Part shown: positions 38,486-51,250 of the stretch, one piece after another | Layout: each line of letters begins with the position of its first letter | Position numbering within the stretch: position 1 is the first letter of the stretch | Assembly: GCF_006345805.1 (NCBI RefSeq) | Contig: NC_043024.1 | Span: 8,804,001 to 8,868,000 of the forward strand | DNA from: Octopus sinensis | Lineage: Eukaryota | Length of the DNA stretch: 64,000 nt | Reading direction: 5' to 3' | Program-made: the position numbers and the translations under genes | Notes under the pieces: model-generated | The model's database searches: none | Told to the model about the DNA's origin: nothing | What the model saw: the letters and a program-made list of their open reading frames with translations, nothing else

Positions 38486-39311
38486 TGTGTACAGTGCTCA
38501 GGTGCACTACAACTCATCTAAAGTGTATATATAATCAGGTGTAGTTTCGGCGGATTTCGGAAAGCATGAGGGCCTTAAAGGATGCATTGTCATGGCAGTC
38601 AACAACTGACGCAGGCAGTTTATTCCATGCTTCAGCAACTCTGAGAGTGAAAAAATGTTTCCGAAAGTCATAGGAGCTGTGTTGTTTTCTGACTTTGTAG
38701 GCATGTCCACGTGTGTTAGACACATGGAGATCAAAAAGGTATCAAAGGTATTCTGGGTATAAAAACATCTTCTCCCATAGAGGCCTGAATAATACGAAAC
38801 ATTAAATTCTTTTTACCACCAGTCTAGTACCGTTACACAGCCAAGGTTGGTCAAGGTTCTGTAGTAGTATCAAGGGTGGAGGCACATGGCCTAGTGGTTA
38901 GAGCAGCGGACTTGTGATCGCGGGTTCGAATCTCAGACCGGGCGATGTGTGTGTGTTTATGAGCGAAGCACCTAAGCTCCACGTGGCTCCGGCAGAAGGT
39001 AATGGCGAAACCTCTGCTGACTCTTTTGCCACAACTTTCTCTCACTCTTTCCTCCTGCATCTTGCAGCTCACCTGTGACGGACCGGCGTCCCGTCCAGGT
39101 GGGGAACCTATACGCCAAGAAACCGGGAAACAGGCCCTTATGAACCAGGAATGGCTCGAGAAGGAACAAACAACAACAAAGTAGTATCAAGATGGCTCCT
39201 GCTTTTAAAAAAACTGGTGTAGTGAGAGCACAAAAAGATTCCAAAGAATTTAAATTTTCAACCGGATAGTTGCATATGGTGAAGTGCATGCAGGTTGAAA
39301 CCATTTTTTTT

Positions 39312-40551
39312 TTGCACCCTTTTAAATCCCAGCCAGGCTCATGGGCTCAGTTTCCCAGTTTAAATGGCGTATGTGTTCCCCAGCTGGACGGGACGCCAGT
39401 CCATCGCAGCGTTACTCATTTTTGCCAGCTGAGTGGATTGGAGCAACGGGAAATGAAGTGTTTTGCTCAAGAACACAATGCGTCGCCCGGTCCAGGAATC
39501 GAAACCACAATCTTACGATCATGAGTTCAACACCCTAACCACTAAGCCACGCGCCTCCACAAATAAATGCGCCCTTTTAAAGCCTAGCCAGGTTCATGGG
39601 CCCAGTTTCCCGGTTTCTATGGCATATGTGTTCCCCTGCAGGACGGGACGCCAGTCCATCGCAGCGTTACTCATTTTTGTCAGCTGAGTGGACTGGAGCA
39701 ACATGAAATGAAGTGTTTTGCTCAAGAACACAACACGTCGCCCGGTCCAGGAATCGAAACCACAATCTTACGATTATGATGCTGACACCCTAACCACTAA
39801 GCCACGTGCCTCCACAAATAAATGCGCCCTTTTAAAGCCTATCCAGGCTCATGGGCCTGGTTTCCCCGGTTTCTATGGCGTATGTGTTCCCCAGCTGGAC
39901 GGGACGCCAGTCCATCACAGCGTTACTCATTTTTGCCAGCTAAGTTGACTGGAGCAACGTGAAATGAAGTGTTTTGCTCAAGAACACAACGCGTCGCCCG
40001 GTCCAGGAATCGAAACGACAATCTTACGATCATGGTGCTGACACCCTAACCACTAAGCCACGCGCCTCCACAAATAAATGCGCCCTTTTAAAGCCTAGCC
40101 AAGCTCATGGGCCCAGTTTCCCGGTTTCTATGGCATATGTGTTCCCCAGCTGGACGGGATGCTAGTCCATTTTTGCCAGCTGAGAGGACTGGAGCAACGT
40201 GAAATGAAGTGTTTTGCTCAAGAACACAACGCGTTGCCTGGACCAGGAATTGAAACCACAATCTTACGATCGTGATGCTGACACCCTAACCACTAAGCCA
40301 TGCGCCTCCACAAATAAATGTGCCCTTTTAAAGCCTAGCCAGGCTCATGGGCTCAGTTTCCCGGTTTCTATGGCATATGTGTTCCCCAGCTGGACAGGAT
40401 GCTAGTCCATTTTTGCCAGCTGAGAGGACTGGAGCAACGTGAAATGAAGTGTTTTGCTCAAGAACACAACGCGTTGCCTGGTCCAGGAATCAAAACCACA
40501 ATCTTACAACAATGATGCTGACACCCTAACCACTAAGCCACGCGCCTCCAC
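39312..40551 (-). repeat. Head-to-tail array of five SINE family C units (240-256 bp)
   Basis: Unit ends cctccac at 39560, 39815, 40071, 40311, 40551; each has tggcttagtgg / gtttcgattcc pol III-like boxes. Confidence 0.9.
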
Positions 40552-40759
40552 TAATATACCATAAGCAAGAATTATTTTCTCCATAGCAAACTGCAGTGAA
40601 ATTGCCTTTAAAGGTTAAAAATATGTCACAAACATATTTGAACCAACCAAACTTTGTTGTCATGCTAGAGCTTCCATAATAATATTCACTGGTTGTGCAA
40701 CGTCAGTGTGCATGTGCATATGCAATTGTGTATTAAGAGAGAAGTTGGACATGATAAAT

Positions 40760-40990
40760 TAGATGCAGTGTGCAAGGGAGGAGACTGCGTTGGCTTTGTC
40801 ATGTGATGCGGATGGATGGGGAGAGTTTCACAAAGAAGTGCTGATCACTTGAAGTGGAGGGAAATTGTGGAAGAAGACCCAGGAAGAAATAGGATGAAAT
40901 ATTGAAGGCCGACCGCAAAACGGTGATGACAGACGACTGACATATGTGGTGAATTTGCTGTCCTTGAGAAAATCCACCCACTAGAACAGA
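40760..40990 (+). mobile_element. RTE LINE 3' fragment
   Basis: VQGRRLRWLCHVMRMD...VEG.CGRRPRKK, degenerate RLRWxGH...GRP motif. Confidence 0.65.
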
Positions 40991-41524
40991 ATTGGGATCC
41001 TAAAACCAAGGTGCCACAGGGAAAGTATTGGTGTGGGTGTGCTGGTGCCATGTAAAAAGCACTGGTGATGGTGCCACATAAAAAGCACCCAGTACGCTCT
41101 GTAGAGTGGTTGGCAATAGAGACCAAGCCGAAACAGACTATGGAACCTGATACAGCCTCTGGTCTTGCCAGTTCCTATCAAGCCATCCAACCCATGCCAG
41201 CATGGAAAACAGACATTAAATGATGATGATGATGATGATGAATAGAAGGAAGAGGAGGTGGAGAATACCTCATCATCATTCTTTTTTATGACATCATCAA
41301 TGGAAAACTAATCACCAATAAACATCTTTAAGAAAAAAATCCTTCCTCCAACAATAACAGAATGAAATAAAGTATATTTTGTAACATGTTTATAAAATAT
41401 GCATTCATTCATGCATACGTGTATACACACACACATCTGTACACGCCCACACATATACATACGATAAAGAATATTGGTGACTTGTAGTGTGTCAAATGGG
41501 ATAAATAAACTCCGTCTCTGACAC

Positions 41525-41904
41525 AAAAACAACAACATTAACTGCTGTTGTTAACACTACAAAAAATACTACTACTACTACTAATAATAATAATAATAAT
41601 AATATTCCTTTCTACAACAATAGTAACTGGATCTTTTATTTACCACTAAGTCAACAAATGGTCACCAGTAGTAAAAGTAGAAATAAAAACAACAACATTA
41701 ACTGCTGTTGTTAACACTACAAAAAATACTACTACTACTACTAATAATAATAATAATAATAATAATAATATTCCTTTCTACAACAATAGTAACTGGATCT
41801 TTTATTTACCACTAAGTCAACAAATGGTCACCAGTAGTAAAAGTAGAAATAAAAACAACAACATTAACTGCTGTTGTTAACACTACAAAAAATACTACTA
41901 CTAC

Positions 41905-41939
<35 letters not shown>

Positions 41940-42300
41940 TTCCTTTCTACAACAATAGTAACTGGACCTTTTATTTACCACAAAGTCAACAAATGGTCAC
42001 CAGTAGTAAAAGTAGAAATAAAAACAACAACATTAACTGCTGTTGTTACACTACAAAAAATACTACTACTATACTACTACTATAATAATAATAATAATAA
42101 TATTCCTTTCTACAACAATAGTAACTGGATCTTTTATTTACCACTAAGTCAACAAATGGTCACCAGTAGTAAAAGTAGAAATAAAAACAACAACATTAAC
42201 TGCTGTTGTTAACACTACAAAAAATACTACTACTACTACTAATAATAATAATAATAATAATAATAATATTCCTTTTATTTACCACTAAGTCAACAAATGG
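41525..42300 (+). repeat. Tandem repeat, about five ~160-bp units with internal (ACT)n(AAT)n
   Basis: Each unit contains taccactaagtcaacaaatggtcaccagtagtaaaagtagaaat. Confidence 0.92.
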
Positions 42301-43202
42301 TCACCAACAGTGAAAGTAGAAATAACAATAATAATAATGATACTATCACCTCATCTGTCACTGTCTCCGCTAATGACAAAAGTACTACTACTACTGCTAT
42401 TACTACTCCTGCTACTACTACTACTACTGGTACCATCTCTTCTAAAATCAGCCATGTCATTATTTTTATAAGCATTTTACTGGCCCAGCTTCAGCAGCAA
42501 CAAGGCATCATGGCATTTCGCGTCAATATCTCAGCCAGACACCAACATGTCTTCAGAGCACACTTGTTCCGAGAACATGGATCGATCCAGTTACACGGTC
42601 AGATATCGGCAGGAGAGAGAGCCTTTCTCCTCCAACAGGCAGCAGCCATTGGGACCAATCGGACCGAACCCAACAACACGTTGCTGGTGACCCCCGGTGG
42701 CACGACGGACGATAATGTCAATGATGGTGACGATAATCCTGAAGGTCAATCAATGACCCTGACCCAGACTTACGATGATAACAGCAAAGACCCAAAAGAT
42801 TTAAACGTGGTGGACGAAATTCACACCCTTCTGAATTTACCGAAGGAAACGATGGACCCAGCGGCGGCGGAACCCACTTCAAAAGAGCAGGAGCAGTTCC
42901 AAATGAACCAACAGGGGTTAGAGATGGGCCCAGAGGGAGAAGACAGCGATGACAATGAACTGGAATATGAAGATTATAATAACGAAGATAACGATAACCA
43001 AATCTACATCTTTGATAACAATAACGATACCAAGGATAATTACTATGGGTATAAGATACCGAATGTTCTCATCATTTTCGTCGTATCCATGAATATCACA
43101 ATGACAATCGTCTACCTCGGCATCTTTGGAATGGCGTTATTTTTGTCAGCAGAGAAAAGAGCCCAGAAGATTAAATTAACAGACATCTGTACCAAAATTT
43201 GA
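42297..43202 (+). CDS. Unrecognised 301-aa ORF, putative membrane glycoprotein
   Basis: Uninterrupted, mostly non-repetitive ORF: Thr-rich N-terminus, hydrophobic ISHVIIFISILLAQL, acidic middle, hydrophobic VLIIFVVSMNITMTIVYLGIFGMALFLSA, short basic tail; no family recognised. Confidence 0.5.
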   Translation: MVTNSESRNNNNNNDTITSSVTVSANDKSTTTTAITTPATTTTTGTISSKISHVIIFISILLAQLQQQQGIMAFRVNISARHQHVFRAHLFREHGSIQLHGQISAGERAFLLQQAAAIGTNRTEPNNTLLVTPGGTTDDNVNDGDDNPEGQSMTLTQTYDDNSKDPKDLNVVDEIHTLLNLPKETMDPAAAEPTSKEQEQFQMNQQGLEMGPEGEDSDDNELEYEDYNNEDNDNQIYIFDNNNDTKDNYYGYKIPNVLIIFVVSMNITMTIVYLGIFGMALFLSAEKRAQKIKLTDICTKI

Positions 43203-43660
43203 TTTTATACACACACAAACACACACGTATATGATTTTATACACACAGATATGATTTTATACACACAAATTATGATTTTATACACACACACACAATTATA
43301 TGATTTTATACACACACAAATTATATGATTTTATACACACACAAATATGATTTTATACACACACAAATATGATTTTATACACACACAAATTATGATTTTT
43401 ATACACACACAAATATGATTTTATACACACACAAATGATTTTATATACACACAGATATGATTTTATACACACACAAATGATTTTATACACACACACAATT
43501 ATATGATTTTATACACACACATATGATTTTATACAGACAAATATGATTTTATACACACACATATGATTTTAGACACACACATATGATTTTATACACACAC
43601 AAATGATTTTATACACATACATGTGATTTTATACACACACAAATATGATTTTATATACAC
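43198..43660. repeat. Minisatellite, ~20-bp unit (atgattttatacacacac)
   Basis: About 20 units starting at the stop codon of ORF 42297-43202. Confidence 0.92.
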
Positions 43661-44659
43661 ACACATATATATCATCCCACCAAATTACAAAATTATTTGC
43701 AAGTTTTTATAAATTGTTTTAGTAGTTTTAGATGCTTTTATTATTAGAATCAGATTCTTTGTATTCCATTTTGCATTTATTTAGAACATAAGGCGCAGGA
43801 GTGGCTGTGTGGTAAGTAGCTTACTTACCAACCACATGGTTCCGGGTTCAGTCCCACTGTGTGGCATCTTGGGCAAGTGTCTTCTACTATAGCCTTGGGC
43901 TGACCAAAGCCTTGTGAGTGGATTTGGTAGACGGAAACTGAAAGAAGCCTGTCGTATATATATATATATGTATGTGTGTGTATATGTTTGTGTGTCTGTG
44001 TTTGTCCCTCTAGCATTGCTGGTGTGTTTACGTCCCCGTCACTTAGCGGTTTGGCAAAAGAGACTGATAGAATAACTACTGGGCTTACAAAGAATAAGTC
44101 CCGGGGTCGATCTGCTTGACTAAAGGTGGTGCTCCAGCATGGCCGCAGTCAAATGACTGAAACAAGTAAAAGAGTAAGAGTATAAGTCTACAACTATGGC
44201 CTACAGCCAAAGTGGTTTCCAACCTCGTTTCATCCAGCCCACCATTTCACTTTCATACATATATATATATATATGACGGGCTTCTTTCAGTTTCCGTCTA
44301 CCAAATCCACTCACAAGGCTTTGGTCGGCCCAGGGCTATAATAGAAGACACTTGCCCAAGATGCCAGGCAGTGGGACCGAACCCGGAACCATGTGGTTGG
44401 TTAGTAAGCTACTTACCACACAGCCACTCCTGCGTCTATACTCTGTGTATATACATTCAAACAGAATCAAAGAAAAAGGAAGAGGAAGAATCTTAGAGGT
44501 AAGAATGTCAGGAGGAGTAAAACTATACTGATGCATATTAGCATGCAGATGCATATTTTCTCTGTGCACCTCAAGTGTCTTGTAAGTGTGCATGTTCATG
44601 TGAAGAAGAAAGGTGTGGGGAGATCATGAGGTTAAGAAAAAATATAAAATATAAAAAAA

Positions 44660-45545
44660 TCACTACACTTGATTTTCTCCCCTCCATACACACGCAAGCA
44701 TGTATCTGACTCAAACACTGTTCGCTTCCCAGACATTTATACATTACTGCATATGCTTTATACGCACTTTCTGACAAGTTGTGGTGCACCTGAGCACTGT
44801 ATACAATAATTTCATTATTATTGTTATTTAAAAACTCCACCTGTCTAACACCCGTGGACATGTTTACAAAGTCAGAAAACAGCACAGCTCCCATGACTCT
44901 AGGAAACATTTTTTCATGCTAAGAGTTGCTGAAGTATGGAACAAACTGCCGGCATCAGTTGTTAGTTGTCGGAGCACTGCATCCTTCAAAACTTCCATGC
45001 TTCCTGAGATTCGCCAACACTACACCTGATTTTCTCCCCTCTATACACATGCAAGCATGTATCTGACTCAAACACTGTTCGCTTCCCAGACATTTATACA
45101 TTACTGCATATGCTTTATACGCACTTTCTGACAAGTTGTGGTGCACCTGAGCACTGTATACAATAATTTCATTATTATTATTATTTAAAAACTCCACCTG
45201 TCTAACACCCGTGGACATGTTTACAAAGTCAGAAAACAGCACAGCTCCCATGACTCTAGGAAACATTTTTTCACGCTGAGAGTTGCTGAAGCATGGAACA
45301 AACTGCCGGCATCAGTTGTTAGTTGTTGGAGCACTGCATCCTTCAAAACTTCCATCCTTCCTGAGATTCGCCAACACTACACCTGATTTTCTCCCCTCTA
45401 TACACACGCAAGCATGTATCTGACTCATACTCTGTTCACTTCCCAGACATTTGTACATTACTGCATATGCTTTATATGCACTTTCTGACAGGTTGTGGTG
45501 CACCTGAGCACTGTATACAAGAATTTCATTATTATTATATTTGTG
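44660..45545 (+). mobile_element. Tandem array of three CR1-type 3' ends with (ATT)n tails
   Basis: Repeats of ..RKHFFTLRVAEAWNKLPASVVSC.. plus 3' UTR; units 2 and 3 start at the same base. Confidence 0.85.
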
Positions 45546-47165
45546 TATACTTCTGTGCATCTGTATTTTCCTGTCTCCTTTATACCTGTAACAGTTTTAG
45601 TGTATGGGTGGTGTCTCGACAAAATATCACCACCCAGTTTGCACTTTTGAAGAAGACACACAGAATAAGAAACCTACTTGAAAAGTTCTAAGAAAAGGAA
45701 GACATCTGGCTCTAAACAAAATTTAATACAAACAGGGGGAATTACAACCGTGTTTCGTGGTCTGCTACCACAACAGCTCCTTTATAGGATCCAGTTAGCT
45801 CAAGACATCATCAGGAGGAACCACATCCGGTTTCGGCCCCTACTCCTCTACCGTTTTGACGTGGCGGGGCCCCCCCCTTTCGGAGGTGTCTTCAGCTCTG
45901 GTGTTGGGTGCATGTCTTCTTTCTTCTGTTCCCTGGCCTCTTCGATGTATCGTCAGCGAGTGTCAGCCAGTGACTGACTGTCTTGTCAAATTTCTCCCTT
46001 TAAATACCTGCCGTTAGGCTCCAGCAGGCAGCCCCAGCCAGTTGTCACGTGACACTGTCTCACCTTAACTGACATATTTAATACAAACATGGAAAAACAC
46101 ATGAAAACAAACAAAAGAAAGAAAATGTATATGTAATACATATATAATAATAATAATATGAGGGAATATTATTCCAAACTTACAGGGAAAAATTCAATTT
46201 AGAAATACTAAATCGAATTTCACAAAATATAATATATATATACATAAATTAGAAAAAAAAACACCTTTTATCAATTCAATAATGAAAAATTAAATTATAC
46301 CATTTAGAAAATAACATATTATAGAAAATATATAATTACATCTTTATATATAAAACTGAAGTTGTGTGAGAGTCTGTCTCCTCCGATTTGGATTCCTAAC
46401 TACTCCCACATTTTGTGGTGCAGTTTAACCAAAACCGGGTATCTTATAGTCGTGATTCATATCGAGCCCTTCTGGGTATTAGCGTGCGTCTACGATGAGT
46501 CTACGATTTAAAAAAAATTTACCATCATTTTTTCGTTTTTTTAATGCATTTTTTGCTCGGTTTATATAAGGGAAGTAACTCTCTATTTACTATTTTGCAC
46601 ATTACTTAATCATTGTTATGTTTTATCTTATATTTAATCTTTCTATAATATGTAATTTTCTAAATGGTATAATTCAATTTTTCATTATTGAATTGATAAA
46701 AGGTGGGGTTTTTTTCTAATTTATATATATGTAATATATATATATATATATCTTTTACCTTTTACTTGTTTCAGTCATCAGACTACGGCCATGCTGGGGT
46801 ACTACCTCAAAGACTTTTAGTCAAACAAATCGATCTCAGTATGTAAATTTCTTTATGTCTGGTATTTATTTTATTGGTTTCGTTTGTTGAACTGCTAGGT
46901 TAAGGTGGGTGTAAACACATGGAAACTGGTTGTCAAGTGGTGGTAGGGAGCAAACACACCAACACACACACGCACACATATACACACACAAGGTTTTATT
47001 TGGCCTGAGGCTATAGTAGAAGACACTTGGCCAAGGTGCCATGCAGTAGGACTGAACCTGGAACCATGTGGTTGGGAAGCAAGTTTGTTACCACACAGCC
47101 ATGCTAGCACCTGTCTATGTATAGATATGCATATACATACATACATACATACATACATACACACA

Positions 47166-47198
<33 letters not shown>

Positions 47199-47274
47199 TT
47201 TTAAATTTTTAAATCTTAAAATTTTTTAATTCTTTAACTTTTAAATTATTATTATTTTTTTTTATATTTTCACT

Positions 47275-49075
47275 CCACCCCTAGGGCATTTTCAAGTCAG
47301 CAATCCAACTGACTTCTTTACCACTGCAGATATAAAATCAGAGGCAGCAATGATTGATTACATCAATATAAAGGAAGACGATGTAATAAAGGCTATAGAT
47401 GAAATGAAAACAAACTCAGCTACTGGCCCCTATGGATTCCCAGCAATCCTTCTAAAAGTATGTAAGAGAGTCCTAGCAAGACTACTGCAGTTCCTCTTTC
47501 GGAGCTTCCTTGCAAATGGCAAACTTCCAAGAAAACTGAAGGAAGGTAAAATATGCCCTATTCATAAAGGAGGTAGCAGAGTGGAGGCCAAGAACTACAG
47601 ACCTATCTCTCTGACCTCACACATCAGCAAGGTCATGGAACGAATAGTCAGAAGGAAATTAATCACCTTCCTTGAAGAAAATGCCTTGCTGCCTAACACC
47701 CAACATGGTTTCCGACCAGGAAGAAGCTGCCTAACTCAGCTCCTACAACACTATGACTGGGTGCTGAAACGACTGCTCAACCACTCAAATGTGGAAGTCA
47801 TATATCTCGACTTTGCAAAGGCCTTTGATAAAGTCGATCATGGAATGATATGTCACAAACTGCGTGATCTTAGCATAGTTGGAAAACTGGGAGAATGGCT
47901 TCATGACTTTCTGAAGTATAGAAGCCAGGTGGTAGTAGCCAATGGGGCCACTTCAATTAACATGCAAATAGTGAGAGGTGTTCCGCAAGGCACTGTTTTG
48001 GGGACCACTACTGTTCATAATGGCCTCAGCCACGCAGAGAGCCACGATCACAAGTTGTGCAGATGATAAAAAAGTTTCCCAGGCAATACAGAACCCTGAA
48101 GACACTATGCACCTGCATTGTGAGCTGGACAAAATATACAAGTGGGCTGAAAAGAATAGCATGCAGTTCAATGCTGAAAAGTTTCAAGCTTTATGCTATC
48201 AGCATGCAAAACTAAATGCAATACCCAATAAATACACTGGACCTGGAGGGATTGCAATCCCAGAGGCACAATCAGTGCGAGACCTGGGTATTTACATGAG
48301 TGATGATGCAACCTTTCATGTGCATGTTGCTAAATTGGCAATGAAACGTAGGAGCTGACCGGATGGATTCATAGAACCTTTAGAACAAGAGACCAGGAAA
48401 CCATGATGGTCCTCTGGAGGACACTTGTCCTAAGCCACTTTGACTATTGCTCTCAGCTATGGTCACCATCCAGTGTCAAGTTAATCACAGAACTTCAAGC
48501 GATCCAACGAAGCTACACGAAGAAGATAGCCTCTGTGCAGCATATAAGCTACTGGGAAAGACTCAAGAGATTAAGACTCTATTCCTTAGAGCATAGGCGA
48601 GAAAGATATGCCATAATATACATCTGGAAGATCCTAGAAGGACTTGTCCCAAACTTTGGCATTGAAAGTTACACAAATACTAGAACTGGGTGCCACTGCA
48701 TAGTGCCAAGGACTCCAAATTTGCCATCAAGATGTAGGACAAGATACTGTGATAGCCTGGGCTTCAGAGGCCCACAGCTCTTCAATATCTTCCCGAAGAA
48801 CCTGAGAGACCTGCATGAGGTCGATGCAGATGTCTTTAAAATAAGACTGGATCTCTTCCTGTCAGGTGTCCCAGATGAATCAACTTCACGGCAGGAGGTG
48901 CAGATGAGGGCAGCTGCATCAAACTCTCTCATGCACCAAATGGCAATTGCTAAAAAGCATTCATGAAGTAAAATCATGTAGCAATACCAAATGGCGGTGC
49001 CCCAGCATGGCCACAGCTCGTGAGCTGAAACCAGATAAAATAAAATAAAATAAAAAATAAAATAAAATAAATAAA
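47275..49075 (+). mobile_element. CR1/L2-type LINE, 5'-truncated RT ORF with frameshifts
   Basis: NYRPISLTSHISKVMER, QHGFRPGRSCLTQL, YLDFAKAFDKVDH, GVPQGTVLG, CADD; (TAAAA)n tail; solo 3' end also at about 12145-12250. Confidence 0.93.
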
Positions 49076-49330
49076 CTAACCAAAAAGTATAAAAAAGTTA
49101 AATAAAATATAATGTAGTGTTTTTACTTATTATATTATATTTAACTTTTTTATACTTTTTGGTTAGTTATATAAAAAAAAAATTTGAAGTTTAAGAATTT
49201 AAAAATTTAAAAATTTAAAAATCAAAAATATATATATATATACATACATGCAAACACATATATACAAACAGATAATTGCACACACGCACACACATAATAT
49301 ACAGGTATGAATAGGTCTGTATTTGAAGGC

Positions 49331-49468
49331 CTAAACTTGTGAAGATTCATCTTTGACCTGTATAGGCAGTATGATGGGTTGCTGTAGAGTATTGTGGTTC
49401 TCCTCTGTAGAAGACACTGAAGGGAGACAGCAGTTCATGTCGAAGCAGACACTTGCTTCTTTCAGCAC
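49331..49468 (-). CDS. TMEM98: TMEM98 terminal coding exon
   Basis: ctatag|VLKEASVCFDMNCCLPSVSSTEENHNTLQQPIILPIQVKDESSQV*; VLKEAS matches VLREAA of vertebrate TMEM98. Confidence 0.88.
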   Translation of the reverse strand: MLKEASVCFDMNCCLPSVSSTEENHNTLQQPIILPIQVKDESSQV

Positions 49469-50384
49469 CTATAGTGACAGAAAGAAACAACAATGGCAAA
49501 AATAATGTTTAGCAACACTGAACATGAAACAGCAACAAGTACAATAACAATTTCAATAACAAGACCATCATCATCATCGTTTAACTTCTGCTTTCCATGC
49601 TAGCATGGGTTGGATGGTTCAACTGGGGTCTGGGAAGCCAGAAGGCTGCACCAGGCCCTAGTTTGATCTGGCAGAGTTTCTACAGCTGGATGCTATTCCT
49701 AACGCCAACCACTCCGTGAGTGTAGTGGGTGCTTTTTACATGCCAGACGAGGCTGGCAAACAGCCACGATCAGATGGTGCTTTTTACATGCCACCAGCAC
49801 AAGTGCCAGACGAGGTTGGCAAGTGGCCACGATCGGCTGGTGCTTTTTACGTGCCACTGGCACGGAGACCAGACGAGGCTGGCAACAGCCACGATCGGAT
49901 GGTGCTTTTTACATGCCACCGGCATGGAGGCCAGTCAGGGCGGTGCTGGCAACGGCCACGTTCGGATGGTTCTCTTACATACCACCGGCACTGGTATCAC
50001 AGCTACAAATTCCATTGATGTTGATCAATTGCGATTTTGATTTTCACTTGCCTCAACAGGTCTTCACAAGTAGAATTTTGTGTCCCAAGAAGGAAAGGAA
50101 TGCATAAGTGGGCTGGCTACATCCCAGGTAGAGGCCACGGGTTATGGCCTCACTTGTCCTGCCAGGTCTTCTCACCAATAGAAGTCAAAACAAAAAAAAA
50201 ACACCAAAGAGGTAAACTTAGTGTACCATTGTTTTTTGTTACTATTTAGTTAGGGAAAGAAAGTAAAGAAGGCTGAGGGTGTCTTGGCATCACTCACCAA
50301 GTCCTTTGTGAGCCACTCTCCGGCTATCTATCTGAGGCTTTATATAGCTATGGAGTGACCTCACCTGGAATTTACATCACCGGT

Positions 50385-51250
50385 CTGGAACCCCGATCTT
50401 GCCCAGGATATCAATCATCTGGAAGCTGTTCAGCGACGTGCAACCAAAAGAATACCCTCCATCAAGCATTTGCCATATTCTGAACGCCTTACTTCCCTGG
50501 GCATGGACACATTGAAACTCCGACATCTGGCAGCTAACTTGGTAGACACCCATAAAATTATTAACCATCTTACAAATAATAACTCTGAGCACCTTTTCAA
50601 ACTCCACCTGTCTAACACCTGTGGACATATTTACAAAGTCAGAAAACAGCACAGCTCCCATGACTTTCGGAAACATTTTTTCACGCTGAGAGTTGCTGAA
50701 GTATGGAACAAACTGCCGGCATCAGTTGTTAGTTGTCGGAGCATTGCATCCTTCAAAACTTCCATGCTTTCTGAGATTCACCAACACTACACCTGATTTT
50801 CTCCCCTCCATACACACGCAAGCATGTATCTGACTCATACATTGTTCGCTTTCCAGACATTTGTACATTACTGCATATACTTTATATGCACTTTCTGACA
50901 AGTTGTGGTGCACCTAAGCACTGTATACAATAATTTCATTATTATTATTATTAAAATAATTAAATTTTCTTTCGGAAACATTTTTTCACGCTGAGAGTTG
51001 CTGAAGCAAGGAACAAACTGCCGGCATCAGTTGTTAGTTGTCGGAGCACTGCATCCTTCAAAACTTCCATGCTTCCTGAGATTCGCCAACACTACACCTG
51101 ATTTTCTCCCCTCCATACACACACAAGCATGTATCTGACTCATACACTGTTCACTTCCCAGACATTTTTACATTACTGCATATGCTTTATATGCACTTTC
51201 TGACAAGTTGTGGTGCACCTGAGCACTGTATACAATAATTTCATTATTAC
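50385..51250 (+). mobile_element. Two CR1-type 3' fragments with (ATT)n tails in TMEM98 intron 4
   Basis: LEAVQRRATKRIP..LPYSERL..LGMDTL..RKHFFTLRVAEVWNKLP. Confidence 0.85.

Noticed and set aside
45790-45960. Hammerhead-like words CTGAAGA / CTGATGA / GAAAC on the minus strand
   Set aside because: Stem II closing pair and stem I could not be formed in any arrangement tried
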